The position numbers and the translations under genes are program-made. Positions 56,531 to 64,000 of a DNA stretch of 64,000 nucleotides are shown here, piece after piece. The number at the start of each line of letters is the position of its first letter. The first letter of the stretch is position 1. The notes under the pieces were generated by a model. The model was not told where the DNA came from. It saw only the letters and a program-made list of their open reading frames with translations, and did no database searches. The DNA lies in contig JAEUUF010000020.1 of NCBI GenBank assembly GCA_016787645.1, positions 138,062 through 202,061 of the forward strand, in the 5' to 3' direction. This DNA comes from Cyclobacteriaceae bacterium (lineage in GTDB: Bacteria > Bacteroidota > Bacteroidia > Cytophagales > Cyclobacteriaceae).

Positions 56531-57718
56531 TTAGCGAAGCCGGTCGGCTACCAGGACCACATTTTTTGTTGTCTTCGTGGCAATTAAATAGCGGGTGCCC
56601 CCTTCGGCGAGACCGCTTTTCTTTTTTATGGCGTCTACGGAAAGAGGATAATTTCGAGTAAGGATGTTGGCAAATCCCCCCGCGAATCTTTCAACGAGTT
56701 TGCGGTCAAGTCCCACTTCTTCGACGACCTTAAAAATCCTCCCGGGGAAGGAGTTAATTTTTTCTTCTGCGGTATACAGGTGGGTGTCCGGCCCTAATTT
56801 GTAGAGTCCAAATCGTTGGCCTACCAGCTTGAAAGCCCCGGCCTTCATGATTGCCAGATTAGGTTCATAGAGGTAGGCGCGTGGCGCAGAGAAATCCACA
56901 CTGGCCTTCTTCTCTTGCGACCAGGTAAAGGCAAACGGAGTTGGCTCACCTTCTCGATCGAGATCAACGGCGTGAATGGTGGGCTCACCACCTTTTTCCC
57001 GCCGGAGAGAAATGAGAAGTTCTTTGCATTCGCCCTCCGCGGCAAGTACAATGAACTGGTCAACGGCATTCAGTTCCCTGCTGGATTGTTTCAAGTCCAT
57101 AAGCGGCGAAGCCTTGATCAGCAGATGAGGAGATCGCTTGAGCAATTTGGATCTGAGCTTGATTACGTCAGGTGTACAATCCGCGAAACGGAACACTTTC
57201 CGGGATGATTGCCGGCGTGACGGATCCAGGTAAAGGAGATCATACATGGCCGTATGATTGGCCAGGAAATTCTCCACCGGTTGCGGATGAAAGACAATAT
57301 TCTGAACTCCAAGGAGGGAGAGGTTGTGACGAACCAAGGGCAATAAGGATTCATCCGGTTCGACATACTCAGTCAGGTAGAATTTTTTGCTTAGAAAAAA
57401 GGTGTCAACGCCGAATCCACCTGTGAGATCGGCCGCATGGTGTCTACCGACAAGACTTTGCTTGTACTTCGCCGTTACCTCGGAAGAACACTGCTCCATA
57501 TTGACAGAGGGCGGGTAGATGATACCCGGCGTATCGTACCATTTCGGCAGTTTTTGTTTTGCTTTCCGCCTCCCCAGGATTTGCTGAGCAATCCAGGAGG
57601 AGGGGACACCAAGGATTTCATTGTGCCGTAGCACAAGTTTCTGTACGTCCGATTGCTCGTTGTCAATTATGAATTGCTGGATCTCAGGTTGTGATAAAAG
57701 TGAAATGAACTTTACCAT
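56531..57718 (-). CDS. SAM-dependent methyltransferase with THUMP-like C-terminal domain
   Basis: EQCSSE, ADLTGGFGVD, YLDPSRR, IKASPL, YLYEPN..MKAG. Start at ATG 57718. Confidence 0.85.
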   Translation of the reverse strand: MVKFISLLSQPEIQQFIIDNEQSDVQKLVLRHNEILGVPSSWIAQQILGRRKAKQKLPKWYDTPGIIYPPSVNMEQCSSEVTAKYKQSLVGRHHAADLTGGFGVDTFFLSKKFYLTEYVEPDESLLPLVRHNLSLLGVQNIVFHPQPVENFLANHTAMYDLLYLDPSRRQSSRKVFRFADCTPDVIKLRSKLLKRSPHLLIKASPLMDLKQSSRELNAVDQFIVLAAEGECKELLISLRREKGGEPTIHAVDLDREGEPTPFAFTWSQEKKASVDFSAPRAYLYEPNLAIMKAGAFKLVGQRFGLYKLGPDTHLYTAEEKINSFPGRIFKVVEEVGLDRKLVERFAGGFANILTRNYPLSVDAIKKKSGLAEGGTRYLIATKTTKNVVLVADRLR

Positions 57719-57794
57719 CGGCGTGCAACCATACAATTTACACAAAGTAGTTTGAGCGCGGAACCAGATGTGCGACCTTCGCAGCCAGTTATCC

Positions 57795-58982
57795 ATGAAG
57801 AAGCCCATTGTTGTAATTTTCATCACCATCTTCATTGATATGCTGGGCTTTGGGATCATAATTCCGATCCTGCCGATCTTCTCCAAAGAGCTGGGAGCAG
57901 AAAATTACCAGGTGGGGCTCATTGCAATGAGCTATCCCATTATGAATTTTCTCTTCGCTCCCTTTTGGGGATCGTTGAGTGACCGGTTTGGCCGGAGACC
58001 GATCATCCTCGGGAGTGTGCTCATCACCACCGTGGCCTACCTGATCTTCTCCCAGTCGGTGAACCTGTGGATCCTGCTGGTGTCAAGAATTCTTTCAGGA
58101 ATAGGGTCGGCGAATCTTTCGGTGGCTCAAGCTTATGTCGCAGACGTGACCAGGCTGGAGGAGCGGACTAAATCCATGGGCATGATTGGCGCTGCATTCG
58201 GCCTGGGATTTATCATAGGGCCCACCACAGGAGGCTATCTCAAGAGCATGAGTTCTTATGGACACGTGGATTGGGTGGGCTATGGGGCTGCAGCGATTTG
58301 CCTGGTAAACCTGGTGCTGGCTTACTTTTTCCTTCCCGAATCGCTAAAGGAACGCAAGAAGGACTTGCGATTCAATTTTAAGGTGATTTCAGGAATTGCC
58401 ACCGAATTGAAGCGAAAAGTAATTCGCGAGTTGTTGCTGATCAATTTCATTTTCATTACCGCCTTCATGATCATGCAGATTGCGGCATCGCTTTTCTGGC
58501 GCGAGTCTATTGGCCTTACAGAAATTCAGATGGGAAACATGTTTGCGTTCATCGGAGTACTCACCGTTATTGTCCAGGGGGGACTTGTTGGTAGAATGGT
58601 AAAACGCTTTGGAGAATACCGACTTGTTACCATCGGCATTTATTTATGCATTGTGGCCTTCGCCATGATTCCCTGGGTAACCCGGGAGACATTTATTCCC
58701 TTTGAACTGATTGCGTTCGGTCTCCTTGCACTCGCCAATGGATGCATAACCCCATCCATAACTTCCTTGCTGTCAAAATCAGCGAACCCGCTGGAGGTGG
58801 GTCAGGTACTTGGTGTCAACCAGTCTTTTGGCTCACTGGCTCGTGCCTTGGGGATGGCATTAAGTGGATTTATGTACGGCATGAACATACACTTGCCATT
58901 TCTTGCTTCAGCTTCCATCATGATGATATGTATCTGGCTGGCCCAATTTATTCACCCTGCCGGGAATCCCGTCAACGAATAA
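57795..58982 (+). CDS. MFS transporter (DHA1/TetA-like)
   Basis: GSLSDRFGRR motif A, GFIIGP motif, about 12 TM. Confidence 0.92.
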   Translation: MKKPIVVIFITIFIDMLGFGIIIPILPIFSKELGAENYQVGLIAMSYPIMNFLFAPFWGSLSDRFGRRPIILGSVLITTVAYLIFSQSVNLWILLVSRILSGIGSANLSVAQAYVADVTRLEERTKSMGMIGAAFGLGFIIGPTTGGYLKSMSSYGHVDWVGYGAAAICLVNLVLAYFFLPESLKERKKDLRFNFKVISGIATELKRKVIRELLLINFIFITAFMIMQIAASLFWRESIGLTEIQMGNMFAFIGVLTVIVQGGLVGRMVKRFGEYRLVTIGIYLCIVAFAMIPWVTRETFIPFELIAFGLLALANGCITPSITSLLSKSANPLEVGQVLGVNQSFGSLARALGMALSGFMYGMNIHLPFLASASIMMICIWLAQFIHPAGNPVNE

Positions 58983-59583
58983 AAACAGAAAGAATTCCCG
59001 TGGCGATAAGAATGCCACCCGTGATGATTCCAGCGTTGTGTTCGAGGGCATGCCAGTTAAGGCGCAAGAGACTGGAATAGGTCAGGCGAACCCAGGCAAC
59101 CATTCCAGTAACAGTTACCACCGTATACAGTACCGCAATGGCCAACGCAAAGGTGAACCCGGAAGTGCCGGCCATCAGGAAATAGGGTTCAATCTCAAAG
59201 CACGGGGAAAAGAACATTGCTGCAGCAAGGGAGAACACAATTTGTCCGTGTGAAGCCTGTTCCGGATGACCATGGAGATGGAAATGATGATGTCGGCTGT
59301 GCTGATAGATGTAGAAGATACCGAGCAGGATCAACAACGTGGGAGCCACATAATTCGTGAAATTCTCAATGGCGTTTGCGAGGGTTGAGCCTACAAAAGC
59401 CAGGATCATCCCGATGAGCACGGTGCTGGCGGCATGAGCAAGACCTGCAAGCAGCGTGACTCGAGTAACTCGCGACAGACTCCAGTTTTCCTTGCGCCCG
59501 ATCGCCAGGATAGGCAGCCAGTGATTGGGAATTAGGGCATGAAGTATGCTCAGCAGCAAGCTGCCTGCAATCACGGTGATCAT
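58972..59583 (-). CDS. His-rich membrane protein of the NiCoT/RcnA/UreH-like metal transporter group
   Basis: SILHALIPNHW, HSRHHHFHLHGH loop, FSPC, about 6 TM. Confidence 0.72.
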   Translation of the reverse strand: MITVIAGSLLLSILHALIPNHWLPILAIGRKENWSLSRVTRVTLLAGLAHAASTVLIGMILAFVGSTLANAIENFTNYVAPTLLILLGIFYIYQHSRHHHFHLHGHPEQASHGQIVFSLAAAMFFSPCFEIEPYFLMAGTSGFTFALAIAVLYTVVTVTGMVAWVRLTYSSLLRLNWHALEHNAGIITGGILIATGILSVFIR

Positions 59584-59587
59584 TCAG

Positions 59588-59595
59588 CAAAGGTA
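59588..59595 (-). promoter_or_regulatory. -7 promoter element 4 nt before an ATG
   Basis: Minus strand TACCTTTG-CTGA-ATG. Confidence 0.5.
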
Positions 59596-59605
59596 CGTCA
59601 GCCGC

Positions 59606-60739
59606 CTATTCTTCCTCGGTACTTTTGAGTTTCGATAGCAACTTATATGCGTTTCGTACGGCAACCCGGGTGGTTTCTTTGTTCAGTCCTTCCGGAAGGA
59701 TGACTTCGACAAAACCATTTTCACGAATACCGGTAGTGACTTCAGTCAGTTTGAAAGTACCGTTGGCGACCTCAATGAAGATCACTTCTTTGTCTTCAAA
59801 ATTCAACACTGCTTCTTCGGGAAGAGAAGGCACCAGCTCGGACCCCGTCTGAATAATGGCCTTCACATACATTCCCGGGATAAGGTTCTTGTCTTCTTTG
59901 TCAAGATGCGCATGAACGCGAACCGTCCTTTCGGGTGAAATGTCGCGGCCAATCAGGAAAACGGTCGCTGTCCGTTCAGCGGTTTCATTAACGAGGGTTA
60001 CCCTGATCTTTTGACCAATCCGGATTCTGGAGATGTCGCGTTCGAAACAGGTCAACTGGACGTGGAGATGATCACTATCCACAATGGTGAACATCACCTG
60101 TGTGGGCGCCACAAAGGCACCCACCGATCCGAAAACCTGGGTCACATAGCCAGACATGCTGGCTTTAAGTTCAATGGTAGAAGTGATGTGCTCGGGCTTC
60201 AGGTGCTCTGCTTCAATGCCGAGCATGCGAAGTTTAGCACGAAGTCCATTGTTGCGCGCTTTCATACTCTCCCAGTCGGCCAGTGATTTTTGCAGGGTTT
60301 TCTGAGCGTTCACATTTTCAGCAGCTAGTTTTTGTTGACGCTCATACTCCTTTTCGAGGAATGACTGCTGGCTCTTGGTGTCCAGGTAATCCTGCTGCAG
60401 CTGGATGTACTCAGGGTTCTCGATAACGGCAATGACTTGACCCTTTGTCACTTTCATTCCCTGTAGCAAGGAGGTTGACCGAAGGAATCCGCCCAGGGGC
60501 ACAGTAACGTTCACAAGGTTTTGCGGGGGGACATCCAGCATGCCGCTAACAGGCACACCGCCGCTGAGGGAACGATCCTGAATCTTGCCCACTTCGATTC
60601 CTGAAACGGAAAGTTGATCGGGTGAAACGGATACTCTGTCCGAAGATTTCTTTGGCGCAACCTGCTCTGTCGGAGATGATTGATTTGTTCCGCAGGCAGC
60701 AAGAAGGATCGGCAGGATTAATAAGAGGAGACGCTTCAT
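59606..60739 (-). CDS. RND efflux periplasmic adaptor (CzcB/CusB-like) lipoprotein
   Basis: Lipobox LLAA-C, VKGQVI-type lipoyl segment, LIPGMYV. Confidence 0.9.
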   Translation of the reverse strand: MKRLLLLILPILLAACGTNQSSPTEQVAPKKSSDRVSVSPDQLSVSGIEVGKIQDRSLSGGVPVSGMLDVPPQNLVNVTVPLGGFLRSTSLLQGMKVTKGQVIAVIENPEYIQLQQDYLDTKSQQSFLEKEYERQQKLAAENVNAQKTLQKSLADWESMKARNNGLRAKLRMLGIEAEHLKPEHITSTIELKASMSGYVTQVFGSVGAFVAPTQVMFTIVDSDHLHVQLTCFERDISRIRIGQKIRVTLVNETAERTATVFLIGRDISPERTVRVHAHLDKEDKNLIPGMYVKAIIQTGSELVPSLPEEAVLNFEDKEVIFIEVANGTFKLTEVTTGIRENGFVEVILPEGLNKETTRVAVRNAYKLLSKLKSTEEE

Positions 60740-60745
60740 AGTGGG

Positions 60746-62020
60746 TTAGTTTTTGGCGTATTGGCCGGAAAGGAATTCGAGAGTGATGATGCTTTGGTTA
60801 TACTGGAGTACCGTTTGAATGTAGGCCTCCTGGATGCTGATGGCTTGCTGGACATTCAACCGATATTCTGCCTGGCTGATGTCGCCTGCCCGGTAGGCGA
60901 CGGTAGACTGCCTCAGGAGCAACTCGGCATTAGGCAGGGCGGAGCGGGTATAGTAGTCCAGGCTGTTGCGATGTTTTTGAAATTGTTGAACCGCCTTCTT
61001 CCACTCGCCAACCAGTTGTTGCTCGACGTATTGAGTTAGCCATTGAGTGGACTCTGCACGGGCAGCGGCTGCCTTCACGCGTGCATGGGCCGGAATAAAC
61101 CAGAGGGGCAGCGCGACACCCACCATGAACCCGCTGAATCTGTCTTTGGAAGAAAAATATCGATCCGTTCCATCCAGCTGTTGCTGAAAGCCCATCAGGG
61201 TCTGATTGAAATAGCCAACCGTAAGATCGGGCAGGGCGCGATTTGATTCTACTCTTTTTTCCTGTTGGGCAATTTTTAGCAGTGAGCGCTGGTAGGCCAA
61301 TTGCGGGTTAGCGGCTACTTCGGTGGAATCATTCATCAGCGTCGTGGTAAGAGGCAGAAATTTTGCTGGTGCCAGCGACACTTCATCAGCAGCATTTATC
61401 AGGACTTTTAACTGAGCCCGGTAGGTAAGTTGATCAGCCGTGTTCTGGCGGTACTGATTTTGAACCTCATTGTAGCGGGTTTCTGCTGAAGTCTTCTGAA
61501 GAAGAGTTCCTTCACCTGTGGCCAGTTGCACCGTGGTGATTCGAACCAGGTCGGCGAACAGGCTGTCTTGCTTTTTCAGCAGAGCCTCACGAGCGCTCAG
61601 ATAATAAAGCATCTGCCCAACTTGTTTCACCTGAAACACAAGCTCATTCAACGTGGTGGCCTTTCGGAAATGGCTGTTTTCGATCCGAAGCTCATGCAAC
61701 TTTGATTGGCTGGTGAACACCGTGGGAAAAGGCAGGCCCTGGGTGATGGTTATGTTGTTGTCATTATTGAGACTGTTGTACTGACCATACATCAGCATGG
61801 CCTGCGTCTTGGGGAGGTCCACCGATGTTCGTTTCATCTGCTCCTGGACCTGGATATCGGAAGTCACTGACTTCAGCCCTGCGTTCTGCTTTACCGCAGC
61901 CTGGATGGCTTCCTCCAGGGATACCGTGCGAGGTTGCCCGAGACTTTGGACCGCCAGGCAGGAAGCGGCCATTAACAAGGCAATAGAAGATTTCAGGGTT
62001 TGTCTTGAAATGAGTGCCAT
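60746..62020 (-). CDS. TolC-family outer membrane protein (CzcC-like)
   Basis: Signal-like N-terminus, VSLEEAIQAAVKQN, ALPDLTVGY, AYRAGDIS. Confidence 0.88.
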   Translation of the reverse strand: MALISRQTLKSSIALLMAASCLAVQSLGQPRTVSLEEAIQAAVKQNAGLKSVTSDIQVQEQMKRTSVDLPKTQAMLMYGQYNSLNNDNNITITQGLPFPTVFTSQSKLHELRIENSHFRKATTLNELVFQVKQVGQMLYYLSAREALLKKQDSLFADLVRITTVQLATGEGTLLQKTSAETRYNEVQNQYRQNTADQLTYRAQLKVLINAADEVSLAPAKFLPLTTTLMNDSTEVAANPQLAYQRSLLKIAQQEKRVESNRALPDLTVGYFNQTLMGFQQQLDGTDRYFSSKDRFSGFMVGVALPLWFIPAHARVKAAAARAESTQWLTQYVEQQLVGEWKKAVQQFQKHRNSLDYYTRSALPNAELLLRQSTVAYRAGDISQAEYRLNVQQAISIQEAYIQTVLQYNQSIITLEFLSGQYAKN

Positions 62021-62022
62021 GG

Positions 62023-64000
62023 CTATGCAGTTTTTTTAGTACGATGTTCAACGAGATAATAGAGACATGGGAGCACCACCAGCGTTAGCATGGTGGCCGT
62101 CACCAGGCCGCCGATGACGACGGTGGCCAATGGACGTTGCACTTCGGCACCTTCGCCTTGTGACAGCGCCATTGGAAGAAACCCCAGGGAAGCGACCGCG
62201 GCAGTAATGAGTACTGGGCGAAGGCGTGTAGTAGTTCCTTTGAGCAATAGCGTCATCATGTCTGTTTCACCCTCTTGCTCGAGGTGGTTGAATTCGGCGA
62301 TGAGAACAATTCCGTTCAATACGGCCACCCCAAACAGGGCAATAAACCCTACGCCTGCTGAGACGCTGAAGGGCATATCCCGTATCCACAACGCGATAAT
62401 TCCCCCGATCGCCGACAACGGGATGGCCGTGTAAATGATGAGCCCCTGCTTCAGGGAATGAAACGTGAAGAAGAGAAGGATGAAAATCAATAGCAGTGCG
62501 GCCGGCACAGCAACAAACAGACGCGCGCGCGCTTCCTCAAGATTCTTGAATGCGCCACCATAGGTGGGATAATAGCCAGGGAGAAACTTGATGTCTTTGT
62601 CAATTTTGGATTTAACCTCATCGACAATACTCTGGATATCGCGACCGCGTACGTTAAATCCAATGGTGATTCTTCGCTTGGCATCGTCCCGTTGAATTTG
62701 GTTGGGCCCTACATGGAGCTCGACATCGGCAAGTTGTGCTAATGGGACTTGTCGTCCATCCGGTGCCGTAATGAAGAGGCGTTTCAGATCGTCAATACTT
62801 TGCCTTTTATCTTGTTCAAGGCGAACGACCAGGTCAAAACGGCGTTCATTTTCGTAAACCATTCCAGCGCTTTGTCCGGCAAAAGCCATGTTGATGGCCT
62901 GGTTGACCGTCGCGATGTTGAGACCAAAAGGAGCAAGCTGCTCTCGTTTTATTCGAACCACAATTTGTGGAAGACCCGTGACCTTTTCGACGTAGAGGTC
63001 CTTGGCGCCTTCTACGGTACTTACAATCTGTCCAATCTTGTTGGCATAGGAAGTGAGATCATCGAGGTTTTCACCGTACACTTTGATCACAATATCCTGT
63101 CGGGCGCCGGTCATCAGTTCATTGAAGCGCATTTGTATCGGCTGTTGAAAACCAAAGCTCACCCCGGCGAGGACATTGAGTTGATCATGCATTAGTTCGG
63201 CCAGCTCGTCACGTCCCTGTGCTTTCTTCCATTCGTGTTTGTCCTTGAGAACAATAATCATGTCCGATGCCTCCAGGGGCATGGGGTCAATGGGAATTTC
63301 AGACGAACCGATTTTTCCAATGACTTCCTTGACCTCATCGGGAAATTCACGAAGGATTATTTCACTGGCCTTTGTGACCGTCTCCACTGATTCGGAAAGG
63401 CTGCTTCCTGTCAGAATGCGTGTTTCTACAGCAAAGTCCCCCTCATCCAGGGTTGGAATGAATTCAGCACCAAGCGTCATAAAGAGCAGGAGACTTGCAA
63501 TGAACATGGCTGCCGCACCGAGCACGACTTTCCGGCGATGATGCAGAGCGAACCGAATCACCGGGTCATACGAATAGTGAATGAACTTGATGATCTTGTC
63601 GGAAATGCTCAGTTCCTGACGAACGCGTTTGCCCAGAAAAGCGGCACTAATCATGGGGACATAAGTAAGCGACAGTATGAATGCACCGGCAATGGCAAAT
63701 GCTACGGTCTGTGCCATGGGCCTGAACATCTTTCCCTCCACACCGACGAGGGTCAGGATGGGGAGGTAGACGATCAGGATGATCATCTCGCCAAAGGCTG
63801 CACTGTTCATGATCTTACTGGCTGAATGATGCACCTCTTTGTCCATTTCCGGTTGTGTGAGCAGTGAACCCATCCGGCGGGCACTCAGATGGTGCATCGT
63901 GGCTTCGACAATGATGACAGCTCCATCCACAATGAGACCGAAGTCGATGGCACCAAGGCTCATCAGGTTTCCGGAGACCCCAAACACATTCATCATGGCA
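62023..64000 (-). CDS. CusA/CzcA heavy-metal efflux RND permease (5'-truncated by the window edge)
   Basis: GAIDFGLIVDGAVIIVE, EGKMFRPMA, GVAVLNGIV, RLRPVLITAAVASLGFLPMA, QRPLATVVIGG. Confidence 0.95.
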   Translation of the reverse strand, partial: AMMNVFGVSGNLMSLGAIDFGLIVDGAVIIVEATMHHLSARRMGSLLTQPEMDKEVHHSASKIMNSAAFGEMIILIVYLPILTLVGVEGKMFRPMAQTVAFAIAGAFILSLTYVPMISAAFLGKRVRQELSISDKIIKFIHYSYDPVIRFALHHRRKVVLGAAAMFIASLLLFMTLGAEFIPTLDEGDFAVETRILTGSSLSESVETVTKASEIILREFPDEVKEVIGKIGSSEIPIDPMPLEASDMIIVLKDKHEWKKAQGRDELAELMHDQLNVLAGVSFGFQQPIQMRFNELMTGARQDIVIKVYGENLDDLTSYANKIGQIVSTVEGAKDLYVEKVTGLPQIVVRIKREQLAPFGLNIATVNQAINMAFAGQSAGMVYENERRFDLVVRLEQDKRQSIDDLKRLFITAPDGRQVPLAQLADVELHVGPNQIQRDDAKRRITIGFNVRGRDIQSIVDEVKSKIDKDIKFLPGYYPTYGGAFKNLEEARARLFVAVPAALLLIFILLFFTFHSLKQGLIIYTAIPLSAIGGIIALWIRDMPFSVSAGVGFIALFGVAVLNGIVLIAEFNHLEQEGETDMMTLLLKGTTTRLRPVLITAAVASLGFLPMALSQGEGAEVQRPLATVVIGGLVTATMLTLVVLPCLYYLVEHRTKKTA

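Noticed and set aside
57795-58982. Calling the MFS gene tetA
   Set aside because: DHA1-type motifs do not specify substrate, and there is no adjacent tetR.

Overview
64 kb of core chromosome from a Bacteroidota bacterium. The gene set (GldJ-type lipoprotein, lamin-tail secreted protein, DUF4175-ybeY-mnmG cluster, TAnnTTTG promoters) suggests Cytophagales; this is an inference. I can support about 45 CDSs: asd, secreted peptidases/hydrolases, a TetR-led ABC-2/HlyD/TolC export operon, a MarR-led beta-oxidation operon, two FtsX-type permeases (one PadR-coupled), the mnmG cluster, comF, gldJ, mfd and the 3' end of a Czc-type RND efflux operon. The strongest signal is non-coding and absent from the ORF track: the window appears to contain the chromosomal replication origin. 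A ~250 bp gap (40975-41227) holds 2 perfect and 4 single-mismatch DnaA boxes. It ends in a Bacillus-like basal unwinding module (tandem boxes, GCC spacer, DnaA-trios, AT-rich tract) that overlaps the 5' end of a TPR gene. Two parS sites lie 4.4 kb away between ybeY and mnmG, and hand spot-counts suggest a GC-skew switch there. No dnaA, dnaN or parAB gene is in the window. Other points: two single-A frame breaks in homopolymers (an amidohydrolase, and the CzcA/TolC junction, where one extra A would fuse the genes), a probable ATT/CTG start codon, candidate TetR/MarR/PadR operators, candidate leaderless promoters and 8-bp micro-repeats before start codons. I saw no rRNA, tRNA, CRISPR array, transposase or integrase. 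All calls come from reading the sequence by eye; no searches were run.
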